From the NCBI GenBank assembly GCA_023436605.1, contig JAEZIQ010000105.1, forward strand, positions 191 to 64,190: a DNA stretch of 64,000 nucleotides, written 5' to 3'. Position 1 is the first letter of the stretch. Every line of letters begins with the position of its first letter. Source of the DNA: Actinomycetes bacterium (GTDB taxonomy: Bacteria; Actinomycetota; Thermoleophilia; Solirubrobacterales; 70-9). The notes under the pieces are model-generated. The model was not told where the DNA came from. It saw nothing but the letters and a program-made list of their open reading frames with translations, and did no database searches. Shown here piece after piece: positions 34,427-43,964 of this stretch. The position numbers were made by a program, and so were the translations under genes.

Positions 34427-35209
34427 ATGGATTGGGTGCAGCTTTCGGTTGACGGTGCGGTGGCCACGATTACGTTGAGGGCGCCTTCGGGTCCGAGCCG
34501 GATCAACGTCGGGAGCGCCCGCGAGTGGTTTGAGGCACTTGAGGAGGTCGAAGCACGAGACGAAGTCTCGGTCGTCGTGACGCGGGCCGAGGGACCGGTC
34601 TGGAATGCGGGCGGAGACCTCGCTGAGTTCAGGAATCGGGGGGGTGAGGCACATGACTACATCCTTGAGATCGGCGAATGGATCAACCAGGTCGTCGTCG
34701 CTCTGGACCGGTCAAGGAAACTCACAGTCGCCTCCGTGCACGGAGCAGTTGCCGGCGGAGGCCTTGGACCGATGCTCGCCTCCGACTTTGTGATCGCGGC
34801 CGAAGACACCAACTTCACCCTGGGCTACTCGAAGCTGGCTACCAATCCGGATGCCGGGGTGAGCTGGTACCTGCCGCGGATGCTCGGCTATCGCAAGAGC
34901 CTGGAGCTCTATCTCACCTCAGACCTACTGACCGCAGCAGAAGCTCAGGGACTAGGAGTTGTCAATCGGGTCGTTGCTGTAGAGCAATTGGCCACCGAAA
35001 CAGAAAACTGGACAAGGCGGTTCAGTCAGCTCCCCCCTCACGCCGTCGCAGCCACCAAGCGACTGCTCAAGGCGAGCGAAAAGACTCCGCTCGACTCACA
35101 TCTCGACGACGAAATCCGCTCCTTCGCCGAGAACACAAAAAGCCCTGACTTCACCGAAGGTGTGAACGCCTTCCTCGAGCGCCGGGATCCAGAGTTCGGT
35201 CAGGAATAG
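34427..35209 (+). CDS. enoyl-CoA hydratase/isomerase (crotonase) family
   Basis: It has a crotonase fold pattern: VATITLRAPS, VVVTRAEGPVWNAGGDLAEF, AVAGGGLGPMLASDF and EGVNAFLERRDP. TAGAAT lies 6 nt upstream of the ATG. Confidence 0.85.
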   Translation: MDWVQLSVDGAVATITLRAPSGPSRINVGSAREWFEALEEVEARDEVSVVVTRAEGPVWNAGGDLAEFRNRGGEAHDYILEIGEWINQVVVALDRSRKLTVASVHGAVAGGGLGPMLASDFVIAAEDTNFTLGYSKLATNPDAGVSWYLPRMLGYRKSLELYLTSDLLTAAEAQGLGVVNRVVAVEQLATETENWTRRFSQLPPHAVAATKRLLKASEKTPLDSHLDDEIRSFAENTKSPDFTEGVNAFLERRDPEFGQE

Positions 35210-35213
35210 CGGC

Positions 35214-35219
35214 TAGAGT
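35214..35219 (+). promoter_or_regulatory. -10-like box TAGAGT, 7 nt before ATG 35227
   Basis: It matches TANNNT and there is no SD. Confidence 0.4.
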
Positions 35220-35226
35220 CGGGGCG

Positions 35227-35925
35227 ATGCCAGCTGGAACTTCGCAGGAGGAGATTCCATCGATCGCCGAAGGGATCTTCTTCGAAGCGACCGTTCCCCT
35301 CCCCCGTGGCCGCAACTCGATCGACCCCGAACGGGTGAAGGCAGCTCAGCGGGAACGGATGCTGGCCGCCGTCACCGAACTGATGGCGGCCCTCGGCTAC
35401 CGGGCGTTCAAGGTGAGCGACATTGCGAGACGAGCCGGCGTATCACTGGCTGCCTTCTACGAATGCTTCGAGGGCAAGGACGACTGCATCTTCCAGGGAT
35501 ATGACCGATTCATCGACGTGTTGCTGAAGCGGATGATCGGGGTCAACCTCGAAGACAAGAACGAGGCCGAATTCACGGCCGACCTGATCGACGCCTATAT
35601 CGACGCGCTTTCGGCTGACCTGGTCGTGGCCCGCGCCTATCAACTCGAGATCGACACCCTGGGTGTCCCCGCTCGAACCCGGCGGCGCGACTCTCTCACC
35701 CTTTTCGCCCGTCACATCCAGCAGCGTGTCGAGGAGTTCGCCGCCGGTAGCCAGGGACTCGAGGAGATTCCATGGGTTGCCTATCTCGGTTTCGTGTACG
35801 CGGCCCGGCAGCTTGCCTCCGATGCTCTGGAAGAGCCCGACCCCGACCTGTCGGCGCTCTCGGTAGAGCTTCAGGCCTGGTCACTCGATGTCTTCAGACA
35901 CCGCCAGCAGCCGCCAGGCTCCTAA
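35227..35925 (+). CDS. TetR-family transcriptional regulator
   Basis: It has an N-terminal HTH (RERMLAAVTELMAALGYRAFKVSDIARRAGVSLAAFYECFEGKDDC). TAGAGT lies 7 nt upstream of the ATG. Confidence 0.8.
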   Translation: MPAGTSQEEIPSIAEGIFFEATVPLPRGRNSIDPERVKAAQRERMLAAVTELMAALGYRAFKVSDIARRAGVSLAAFYECFEGKDDCIFQGYDRFIDVLLKRMIGVNLEDKNEAEFTADLIDAYIDALSADLVVARAYQLEIDTLGVPARTRRRDSLTLFARHIQQRVEEFAAGSQGLEEIPWVAYLGFVYAARQLASDALEEPDPDLSALSVELQAWSLDVFRHRQQPPGS

Positions 35926-36027
35926 AAGTACGCTAAGTTACTTCTGAGGATTCAGAAACTTGCCGTCAGTTTGAGGGTCTTGGAATCGGCAGGTTGAGGG
36001 AAACACCGAGGCTTGAGGAGGCTGAAA

Positions 36028-37713
36028 ATGGCGGAGGAGATGAACGGAACCGGGTCACGGCGTTCTCCGCGACGGGTGTTCTTTTTTGGTTCCGCGCTGA
36101 TCTGCGCTTTCATTCTCACCCTTGCCTCTTCCTCCGTTTCCAGGGCGGCCGAATGTCCCGAGGTCGTCAACCCGGCTAGTTTTGCCAGCGCAGGCGAACT
36201 GCGAACGCTGACCGCGAAATTCAACAGCTTCGGACCCCGTGTGCTCGGCAGCGGAGCTCACAACAAGTCGATTGCCTGGCTGGAGAAGCAGAACCGGGCG
36301 ATCGGACTGAAGACGCACTCGATTCGCTTCCGGCCCTACACCTGGGTTCCAAAGACCCGGTTCCGCAACCAACCCGGACGCGACATCGGTGCAGCGGGCG
36401 GCATCACCGTCAGGAAGCCGAACGGCTCGACCGAGAACATCGCCGATGCCGGTGCCGTCCACTGGTCCAAGCCAACCTCGAAGCGTGGCGAAGGCGGCAG
36501 GCTGGTTTACCTCCCTCCGGACCAGGCCATCACGGCCGCCAACTCGGCCGGAAAGGTGGTGATCCGCGAGTTCGAAGTTGGTGCGCTCCCGTTCGGGGCG
36601 ATCGGTCCGTTGCTCGGCCTCTACCAGAGCCATGACCTGACCGGCTACTCGGAGTACGCCCGGCCCTACCTGAGTCCCAACATTCACGAGGATCAGGTTG
36701 AGGCGAGCAAAGCCGGCGCGAACGGGGTCATTTTCGTCTTCGACCTTCCGGCCAGGGACATTCGTGGCTACTACGACCCGCACGTCGGGATGCTCTACCG
36801 GCAGCCGGCGGTCTTTGTCGGACGCAGCCAGGGCGAGCGCCTCAAGGATCTTGCTGAAAAAGGGAGTTCAGCCCGGGTTTCGGTACTGGCTGACGTCGCA
36901 CGGCGCGAGACCAGGAACCTGATCGCCCGCCTGCCCGGCAAGAGCAGCGAGAAGATCGTGATCGCGGCCAATACCGACGGCAACTCCTGGGTGCAGGAGA
37001 ACGGCGTTCTCGGAATGCTCGCCTTCGCCCGTTACTACGCGAAGCTGCCGCTGAAGTGCAGGCCCAGGACTCTCGAGTTTGTCTACTCGACCTCGCATGA
37101 CAGCTACCGCAACGACGGACTGAGCCCCCTCCACTACCCGCTGGACAAGAAGAAGACCGTCTTCGCATTCGCGATCGAGCACCTCGGCACCAGGGAGATC
37201 GTGCCGGTCGGAGAGGGAAGCAAGCGACGCCTCGAGTTCACCGGCACCTACGATCCCGCGCTCTTTGGAGCGGGCGACAGCGAAGTGTTGCGTCAGGTCG
37301 TGGTTGACGCAGCCATCCGCCGGAAGCTGGCGCGCACCGCGGTGCTGAAGGGACTCGGAATTCCCAATCCGAACCAGGCGCCCTCGATCTGCTCGATGGG
37401 TGGGCTCGGCAATGCCTTCCATCCACGGCTGGTCCCCACCATCGCAATGATCTCCGGCCCGTGGTCACTCTACGATCCGGTCTTCGGCGCCAAGGCCATC
37501 GACTTCAGGCACATGCGCAAGCAGATGCTGGCGGCGGGTGACGCAATCCTGGCGCTCGACGGCTTGCCGCGGGCGCAGATCGCCGGCGACTATCCGGCGC
37601 TCGAGGCCGAACTCGAGAGCGGCACCAAAACCGCCTGTCCCCCGGAGGTCTTCCCGCTCCAGGCTCCCGGACCTAACCCTGGCCCGATCAAGGAGCCGAA
37701 CAAGAAGAAGTGA
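36028..37713 (+). CDS. secreted PA-domain / M28-peptidase-like protein (catalytic motifs apparently degenerate)
   Basis: A GAGGAGG SD precedes ATG 36028 and there is a signal peptide. It has an M28-like scaffold (NLIARLPGKSSEKIVIAA.., RTLEFVYSTS). The family assignment is by eye only. Confidence 0.5.
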   Translation: MAEEMNGTGSRRSPRRVFFFGSALICAFILTLASSSVSRAAECPEVVNPASFASAGELRTLTAKFNSFGPRVLGSGAHNKSIAWLEKQNRAIGLKTHSIRFRPYTWVPKTRFRNQPGRDIGAAGGITVRKPNGSTENIADAGAVHWSKPTSKRGEGGRLVYLPPDQAITAANSAGKVVIREFEVGALPFGAIGPLLGLYQSHDLTGYSEYARPYLSPNIHEDQVEASKAGANGVIFVFDLPARDIRGYYDPHVGMLYRQPAVFVGRSQGERLKDLAEKGSSARVSVLADVARRETRNLIARLPGKSSEKIVIAANTDGNSWVQENGVLGMLAFARYYAKLPLKCRPRTLEFVYSTSHDSYRNDGLSPLHYPLDKKKTVFAFAIEHLGTREIVPVGEGSKRRLEFTGTYDPALFGAGDSEVLRQVVVDAAIRRKLARTAVLKGLGIPNPNQAPSICSMGGLGNAFHPRLVPTIAMISGPWSLYDPVFGAKAIDFRHMRKQMLAAGDAILALDGLPRAQIAGDYPALEAELESGTKTACPPEVFPLQAPGPNPGPIKEPNKKK

Positions 37714-37776
37714 GCGGGGTGGCCAAGGTCGCAGCCTGCAGGTCGCTGCTCCGGTTGAAGCGGTCCCTGAGTTTCG

Positions 37777-38184
37777 CTAAGTGCGACCCAACGCGTCCCG
37801 GTCACGTTCATATCTGACCGAGGTGGGGAACTCGGGCAGCCACTCCTCCCGCCTGACTGTCCAGCTCTCGTAAGTGGGAGTGAGTTGGTTCGGGGCGTCG
37901 AGCGAACCGAGGTTGACCTCGACTTCGTCTCCCGTGCGGGCGAAGACCGAGGAGCCGCAGTTCGGGCAAAAATGCCGGCCTTCGTAGCTGCCGGTCTCCC
38001 CCTGGATGCTCACGGCATCCTCGGGGAAGACTGCCGAGGCTTCGAACAGGGCGCCATGATGCTTGCGGCAATCGAGGCAGTGGCAGATTCCGACGCGGAA
38101 AGGCGGACCGGTAGCCGTCAGCCTGACGCTGCCGCAAAGGCAACCGCCAGTGAATAAATGATCTACGAGGTGCGACATGGGCAT
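37777..38184 (-). CDS. GFA (CENP-V/glutathione-dependent formaldehyde-activating) family protein
   Basis: It has Zn-Cys motifs GGCLCGSV, CHCLDCRKHHG and CPNCGS. Confidence 0.8.
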   Translation of the reverse strand: MPMSHLVDHLFTGGCLCGSVRLTATGPPFRVGICHCLDCRKHHGALFEASAVFPEDAVSIQGETGSYEGRHFCPNCGSSVFARTGDEVEVNLGSLDAPNQLTPTYESWTVRREEWLPEFPTSVRYERDRDALGRT

Positions 38185-38298
38185 GACTTCACGGTACCCG
38201 GCCCGGCCTCCCGGTAGTCCCCCGGCGGGTCGATCCCAGGGCTTTCGTCCTTTGGTGTTGAAAGCGTTCCCCTAAGCGGTTACCCGCTTGGTGCCGGG

Positions 38299-38757
38299 CT
38301 ACGCGGTGAGGATCGAATCGTCTTGGACGATCGGCTCACGGACGAGCTTCAAGCGCATCCAGGGAACTTCCCGGCCCTCCACCGTTCTGATCCAGTCGGC
38401 CGACATGCTCGCGCCGTCGTCAGCAATGGTCAGGTTGGCCTCGGCTTCTCCGGACCTGAAGATCCAGGTCGCCTTTCCGTCGAACTCGGCGGTGGACTCT
38501 TCAAAGCTGCCGGACGAATCGAAGGCCCTTGTCGGAAAAACGTTCGTCCCCTCGTCTGGACCGATCATCTCCAGAGCCTCGACCCGCTGGCCTCCGATTG
38601 AAACATCCACGGTGTGGACGAGGAAGGACTCTCCGAGAAGCCGGTACTCGTCGGTTCCCTCGATCCGGGCGATTGACGATTCGCCGTCTTCGGCGAATAC
38701 CTCGCCGGAGGTGATCCATCTGCCACTCAACGACTCGAACGCGCTCGTCACACTCAT
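38299..38757 (-). CDS. small beta-barrel protein, DUF1579-like (tentative)
   Basis: ATG 38757 is preceded by a GAAAGGA SD. The sequence is LSGRWITSGEVF...GYD-like beta-rich. The family call is weak. Confidence 0.45.
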   Translation of the reverse strand: MSVTSAFESLSGRWITSGEVFAEDGESSIARIEGTDEYRLLGESFLVHTVDVSIGGQRVEALEMIGPDEGTNVFPTRAFDSSGSFEESTAEFDGKATWIFRSGEAEANLTIADDGASMSADWIRTVEGREVPWMRLKLVREPIVQDDSILTA

Positions 38758-38855
38758 TGTCCTTTCGCTTCGCTTGACCGAATCTCCCGGGGGCGCGCTC
38801 GATCGTAACGCAGCCATAGCGCTCGGCCGGACGGCTGCCGGACGAAGCGCTTCGG

Positions 38856-40064
38856 TCAGGCTGCGGCAGCTTGTGAGCGATCCTGCCGGGCAGGAAGATC
38901 CCGTACCTCGGCCTGCTCTGCATCCGGTCGCTGCTTGCCAAAGCCGAGAATCGACTTCAGTTTGCCGACTACCTTTTCAGCGGGGTCGTTGGGCAAAGAG
39001 AGCCGGACCACCTTCTTCCAGGCCGACGCGACCTGCTTCGGCAGCGGACCTTCCGCGTAGGGAAGGTCATAACGGTCGAAGATATCCCTGACTTTTGGCG
39101 AGATCTCCTGGTAGCGGTTGCTCGGCAGGTCCGGGAAGAGGTGATGTTCGATCTGGAAGGAGAGGTTGCCGGTCATAAGGTGCATCGCCGGAGATCCGGA
39201 AATGTTGGCGGCTCCGAGCATCTGCCTGACGTACCAGTCGGCCTTGCTCTCCCCTTCGATCGTGGTCTTCTCGAAGGTGGCGACACCTTCGGGAAAGTGA
39301 CCGCACATGATCACCGAGTGGGTCCAGATGTTGCGCGCGAGGTTGGCGGTCACATTGGCCATGAAGGTGGTCGGAGCCGACGGACCCGAGAGCAGCGGGT
39401 GAACGACGTAGTCCTTGGTCATCTGCGCCCGGATCTTCTTCAGGACCTTCTTCGCCTTGCGCTGGAACTCCGGGTTCTCGTCCCGGGTCTTCCAGTTCTT
39501 GCCGAGCTGGAGGTCGTAGGCAGCGATGCTGTACTCGAAGAGCATCGCGTTGATCGTGTTCCAGAGCGGCTGTCCGAGATAGAAAGGCACCCAGCGCTGG
39601 TCCTCGTCGACCCGCATGATCCCGTAGCCGAGATCGTGGTCCTTGCCCAGCACGTTGGTGTAGGTGTGGTGGATCTCGTTATGGGAGTGCTTCCAGAGGT
39701 CGGCCGGCGAGGCGTTGTCCCATTCCCAGGTAGTCGAGTGAATCTTCGGGTCTCGCATCCAGTCCCACTGGCCGTGCATGACGTTGTGGCCGATCTCCAT
39801 GTTCTCGAGGATCTTGGCCACGGTGAGGCCGGCAGTTCCGACCAGCCAGGCTGGCGGGAAAAGGGAGAAGAGCAGGACACCGCGGCTGCCCAGTTCCAGC
39901 TTGCGCTGGGAATCGATCACCTTGCGGATGTAGGCGGCGTCTTCTTCGCCCCGGGTCTCGAGGACTTCCTGTCGGATCGCGTCCAGTTGCCTGCCGATCT
40001 CCTCGATGTCTTCGGGCGTCAGGTGGGCCAGCGGGTTGTCGGGATTTTTCTGAATCGCGGTCAT
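38856..40064 (-). CDS. membrane fatty acid desaturase (DesA3-like acyl-CoA desaturase)
   Basis: It has three His boxes (HNVMHG, HNEIHH, QIEHHLFP). A GAGGAAAC SD overlaps the stop of the upstream reductase gene. Confidence 0.9.
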   Translation of the reverse strand: MTAIQKNPDNPLAHLTPEDIEEIGRQLDAIRQEVLETRGEEDAAYIRKVIDSQRKLELGSRGVLLFSLFPPAWLVGTAGLTVAKILENMEIGHNVMHGQWDWMRDPKIHSTTWEWDNASPADLWKHSHNEIHHTYTNVLGKDHDLGYGIMRVDEDQRWVPFYLGQPLWNTINAMLFEYSIAAYDLQLGKNWKTRDENPEFQRKAKKVLKKIRAQMTKDYVVHPLLSGPSAPTTFMANVTANLARNIWTHSVIMCGHFPEGVATFEKTTIEGESKADWYVRQMLGAANISGSPAMHLMTGNLSFQIEHHLFPDLPSNRYQEISPKVRDIFDRYDLPYAEGPLPKQVASAWKKVVRLSLPNDPAEKVVGKLKSILGFGKQRPDAEQAEVRDLPARQDRSQAAAA

Positions 40065-40070
40065 GTTTCC

Positions 40071-41156
40071 TCAGCGTTCGATTTTGCAGTTGCCGGCGGC
40101 CGCCGACACGCAGGTCTGGATCAGGATTTCCTCACCGTCGGAGGCGGCGGTGATCTCCCCGGTTCTCAGGTCTCGGACCGCGCCATCTCGCAGTGGCGAA
40201 ACGCAGCCGAAGCAGATCCCCATCCTGCAGCCGGATGGCATCAGTACTCCGGCCGCCTCCCCCACGTCGAGGATCGGAGTCGCTCCGTCGGCCTCGACGC
40301 TGGATCCGGACTGGGTGAAGGTCACTTCTCCCCCGTCTCCGGTAACGATGACGCTGGGCCGGAAGCGCTCGGTGTGAAGGCGGTCGGACAGACCACACGA
40401 TTCAAGGTGCGTCTCGATCGCATCGAGCATCCCAGCCGGACCACAGGCCCAGACCTCGCGCCGGTCCAGATCGGGGACCAACTCCGCCAGCCTCTGCGGG
40501 TCGAGCAGCCCGACTCGGTCGGTGTGGAGTTCGATCAGTTCGATCTCACCTTTGGTGGCAAGTGCCCGCAGGTCGCGTCGGAAGATCACGTCCGCTTCGT
40601 CGGGGGCGGAGTGGATCAACACCACATCCCCGGGTCGGCCGGGAGAGCGGAGCATTCCCATCACCGGGGTGATTCCGCTTCCTGCCGTGATGAACAGCAC
40701 CCGATCGGGAGCGGCACTTCCAAGGGTGAACTCTCCGCAGGCCTGATCGAGCTGGATCACGGTGCCGGCTGCCACGCGATGCACCAGGTAGTTGCTGACC
40801 AGGCCGTCATCGATGGCCTTGACGGTTATCGAGATGTGCCCGTCGGGCCGCTCCGGCGGCGATGTGAGCGAGTAGGCGCGCCAATGCCTGACTCCGTCAA
40901 TGTCGACTCCGATACGGATGTACTGCCCGGGTTCGTGCCGCTTCCACCCACGGCCAGGCTCGATCACCAGGGTGGCCGCGTCCCTGGTCTCAGGAACGAT
41001 CGAGAGGATCCGCCCGCGCAGCTCGGCACCCGAGGCGAGCGGATCGATCAGATCGAGGTAATCGGCCGGCAGAAGCGGCGTCGCGATCATCTCGGCCACT
41101 CGGGCCGCACGTTGCCTGACGGAACGGAGGGGACTTCGGACTGAAAGCGTGGGCAC
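40071..41156 (-). CDS. desaturase-associated oxidoreductase (FAD/NAD-binding ferredoxin reductase fused to 2Fe-2S ferredoxin)
   Basis: It has an FNR-like RAYSLTS flavin motif, a GSGITP NAD motif and C-terminal CRMGICFGC...C 2Fe-2S ligands. It is analogous to the mycobacterial Rv3230c partner of DesA3. Confidence 0.85.
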   Translation of the reverse strand: MPTLSVRSPLRSVRQRAARVAEMIATPLLPADYLDLIDPLASGAELRGRILSIVPETRDAATLVIEPGRGWKRHEPGQYIRIGVDIDGVRHWRAYSLTSPPERPDGHISITVKAIDDGLVSNYLVHRVAAGTVIQLDQACGEFTLGSAAPDRVLFITAGSGITPVMGMLRSPGRPGDVVLIHSAPDEADVIFRRDLRALATKGEIELIELHTDRVGLLDPQRLAELVPDLDRREVWACGPAGMLDAIETHLESCGLSDRLHTERFRPSVIVTGDGGEVTFTQSGSSVEADGATPILDVGEAAGVLMPSGCRMGICFGCVSPLRDGAVRDLRTGEITAASDGEEILIQTCVSAAAGNCKIER

Positions 41157-41222
41157 AGATGGAAGCTTGGCTTATCCAGAGCGAACTATCTTGCGGCCGC
41201 TGGTTGAAAGAGACCACACATA

Positions 41223-41241
41223 TTTGTTGCTTGAGAACAAA
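41223..41241. promoter_or_regulatory. AT-rich palindrome TTTGTT-N7-AACAAA in desaturase/PucR divergent region (candidate operator)
   Basis: The 6-bp arms are perfect. It lies just upstream of the TAGAAT box (41251-41256) of the PucR-family gene. Confidence 0.35.
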
Positions 41242-41250
41242 ATAGTCATC

Positions 41251-41256
41251 TAGAAT
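41251..41256 (+). promoter_or_regulatory. -10-like box TAGAAT, 8 nt before ATG 41265
   Basis: It matches TANNNT. TTGCTT lies 17 nt upstream as a possible -35. Confidence 0.45.
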
Positions 41257-41264
41257 CTGATGGT

Positions 41265-42434
41265 ATGGCCGAAACTCCCCTCAACGTGCCGGAATCCGTG
41301 ATGGCAACCCTCCGGACCGAGTTGCCGAAAGTTGCCACCTCCGCGGCTGCGGCGGTGATCGACGAGGTCCCGGCCTACAGTGAACTGAGAGGCCCCGCAG
41401 GCGCGACGCTCGACCAACAGGTCGAACTGGCACTCCGCGGATTTCTTTTGGTCGTGGCCGACCGGCAGCGGGAAGAGGGCATTGCGCCCCAGGTGGCGCT
41501 CGACGGCGCCTTCACGCTCGGGAGAGGTGAGTTCCGGAGTGGCCGGACCATGGACATTCTCCTTTCCGCCTACCGGATCGGTGCTCGCGCCTCCTGGCGG
41601 GAGCTCTCCCGGGTCGCAAAGGACGCAGGGATCTCAATCGACCTTCTGTCCCGCTTCGCGGAGCTGGTCTTCGCTTACATCGACGAGTTGTCGGCCTCCA
41701 GCGTTGCCGGCTACGCCTTCGAACAGGAAGCGAGCGAACGGTCACGGTCCCTGCGCCTCGAGGAACTCGCCCGCAGGCTTCTTGCCGGAGGTCCGCTCGA
41801 GGCGCTTCAGACCGAAGCCGAACGAGTGAATTGGGAGCCACCAGAGCAGTTGTGCGCGGTGCTGATGAAAGCCAGCAGTGCGCAGGGAGTTCGGGGCAAG
41901 ATCGACAACCGTTCTCTGCTCCTGCCGGGCGAGCTACCGGGCCTGGAGGGTGAGGATTACGTTCTCCTGTTGATCCCGGTCAGCGGATCCGGCGAAAGGG
42001 ACCGGGTCAAGGGCGCCCTTGCTGACCGGGAGGCCGTGATTGGACCGCCCCGTCCGTGGCATCAAGTGTCCCGATCATTCACCAGGGCACTCAAAGTGAT
42101 GCGCCTCCGAACCGGCGGCGAAGAACTGCTTGACGCCAACGATTTTCTGGTCCAGTTGGTGGTCAGCGCCGACTCGGAAGCGCTTGAGGACCTGCGTGCC
42201 TCGGTTCTCTCCCCCCTCACTTCGCTTCGTCCTTCGACGAGAGAAAAGCTGGTCACGACCCTCCGGGCCTGGCTACTCCATCAGGGCCGCCGCGAGGAGA
42301 TCGCTTCGTCCCTTCATGTCCACCCCCAGACCGTTCGCTACCGGATGGGCCAGCTCCGGGACCTCTATGGCGACCAGCTTGAGGACCCGACCCGGGTCCT
42401 CGCCCTCACCATCGCCCTGGCCGAGGTGCCATAG
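41265..42434 (+). CDS. PucR-family transcriptional regulator
   Basis: It has the C-terminal HTH of the PucR family (SLHVHPQTVRYRMGQLRDLYGDQLEDP). Confidence 0.8.
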   Translation: MAETPLNVPESVMATLRTELPKVATSAAAAVIDEVPAYSELRGPAGATLDQQVELALRGFLLVVADRQREEGIAPQVALDGAFTLGRGEFRSGRTMDILLSAYRIGARASWRELSRVAKDAGISIDLLSRFAELVFAYIDELSASSVAGYAFEQEASERSRSLRLEELARRLLAGGPLEALQTEAERVNWEPPEQLCAVLMKASSAQGVRGKIDNRSLLLPGELPGLEGEDYVLLLIPVSGSGERDRVKGALADREAVIGPPRPWHQVSRSFTRALKVMRLRTGGEELLDANDFLVQLVVSADSEALEDLRASVLSPLTSLRPSTREKLVTTLRAWLLHQGRREEIASSLHVHPQTVRYRMGQLRDLYGDQLEDPTRVLALTIALAEVP

Positions 42435-42457
42435 CGGCCGAATTGGGCAGGCTTCTC

Positions 42458-43798
42458 CTAGGTCAGCGGTGCCGGACGACCGAGGTAAAAGCCCTGGAGG
42501 AAGTCGATTCCCATCTCCCGGACAAGGTCCAGAGTCCTTTCGTCTTCGATTCCTTCTGCCACCGTCGACACACCAAAGGTGCGGGAAACCGCCACGATCG
42601 AGCTGACCACTCTCCGGCTCGCTTCCTCGGACTTCAGGTCCATCACGAATGAAGAATCGACCTTGAGGTCTACCGCCGGCAGGTGCCGGACGTAGGTGAA
42701 CGATCCGTAACCCGTGCCGAAATCGTCGAGCGAGACCGAGCATCCCATCTGGTTCAGCTGGACAACGAGGCTCCGGGCCGCGTCAAGGTTCTCGATGGCC
42801 GCTGTCTCGGTGATTTCGAAGCGGAGATTGCGTGGGTCCGTCCCGCTTTCGGTAAGCGCCCGCGAGATGGTTCCACCGAGGTGGGGAGCAGAAAGACTGC
42901 GTCCGGAGAGGTTGATCGCGACCGGTCGGCTGGCAGCGATGGCAATCCCTTCGCGGATCGCCCAGGCGTCAATCCGGTCGATCAGTTCCGAGTCCTCAGC
43001 GTAGGGCAGAAATTCGTTCGGTTGATGGACCTCGCCATCGACCACCATACGGATCAGGAGTTCGGTGTGGTCGACCTCCCCGGTCCGGGCATCGAAGACC
43101 GGCTGACCCCAGAACAAGAACGAAGACTCACGCAGAGCCTGTGTGATGCGTTCATGCCAGAGCGACCTGTCTTGTTCCGTCTCGGGGCTGGAGTCGCCGA
43201 ACCCTTCGGTCATGTCGTGGGTGCTGATCGACATGCCGATCACCTCTCCGCTGGCGTTCTTCAGAGGGAAGGTCCGGCTGGAGATCCGGATCGTCTCCCC
43301 CGACTTGGTGATCCGCTCCGATTCGAACTCCTCCCAGCCGCCACTGATCACCCGTCGAAAAGTCGCGCCGAGTTCTTTGGCTCGCTCCGGCGGAATGGTC
43401 AGATCGGTGAGCCGCCGGCCGATTGCTTCTTCAGATGTGTAGCCATAAAGCTTTCGCGCGCCTTCATTCCAGGCGGTGACGGAACCGTCGAGGTCGACCG
43501 AGAAGATCGCGTCCTCGGACGATCTCACGATGTCAGCCAGATGCCGGGTCTCCTCCTCCCTTAAACGAGCCTCGGCCTTGCTGCGCGACACCCTTGAAGC
43601 CGAGGCGATCGCGATCGCCAGGCCGACCCCGATCAGAACGAGCAGGACTCCGGCTGATCCCAGCACGACCCAGGCCGGCAGGGGCGAGAAATGATCGACT
43701 ACAAGCAGGCTGACAGCCGTCAACGCGACCAGCCCCCGCGTCAGGGCGAAGCGGGCACCCAGCGGATCCGGAGACGTCAGTCTTCGCCTGAAAAACAT
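42458..43798 (-). CDS. membrane-anchored PAS-EAL cyclic-di-GMP phosphodiesterase
   Basis: It has two N-terminal TM segments and a PAS domain (IFSVDLDGSVTAWNEGARKLYGYTSEEAIG). EAL-domain blocks are ELLIRM, FEITE, DDFGTGYGS, KVDSSF, AEGIE and QGFYLG. ATG 43798 has an AAGGGG SD. Confidence 0.85.
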   Translation of the reverse strand: MFFRRRLTSPDPLGARFALTRGLVALTAVSLLVVDHFSPLPAWVVLGSAGVLLVLIGVGLAIAIASASRVSRSKAEARLREEETRHLADIVRSSEDAIFSVDLDGSVTAWNEGARKLYGYTSEEAIGRRLTDLTIPPERAKELGATFRRVISGGWEEFESERITKSGETIRISSRTFPLKNASGEVIGMSISTHDMTEGFGDSSPETEQDRSLWHERITQALRESSFLFWGQPVFDARTGEVDHTELLIRMVVDGEVHQPNEFLPYAEDSELIDRIDAWAIREGIAIAASRPVAINLSGRSLSAPHLGGTISRALTESGTDPRNLRFEITETAAIENLDAARSLVVQLNQMGCSVSLDDFGTGYGSFTYVRHLPAVDLKVDSSFVMDLKSEEASRRVVSSIVAVSRTFGVSTVAEGIEDERTLDLVREMGIDFLQGFYLGRPAPLT

Positions 43799-43964
43799 CA
43801 ATGTGCCCCTTTGCGTCGTCAATCAACGAACGTGGGCTCGGCGCCCCCTAAAGGCTCGACAATCTCGGCAAAGTTACCTCACCGAGAACACGGGATCAAC
43901 GCTAGGGAGCGCCGGTTCCGATTGGCAAGGGGCTGGTGAGAATTACGCCAACTGCTTCTGCGAA

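Noticed and set aside
39141-41144. 667-aa plus-strand ORF
   Set aside because: It runs antisense across two separate, well-supported minus-strand genes (desaturase and reductase) and the gap between them. The composition is typical of a shadow frame.
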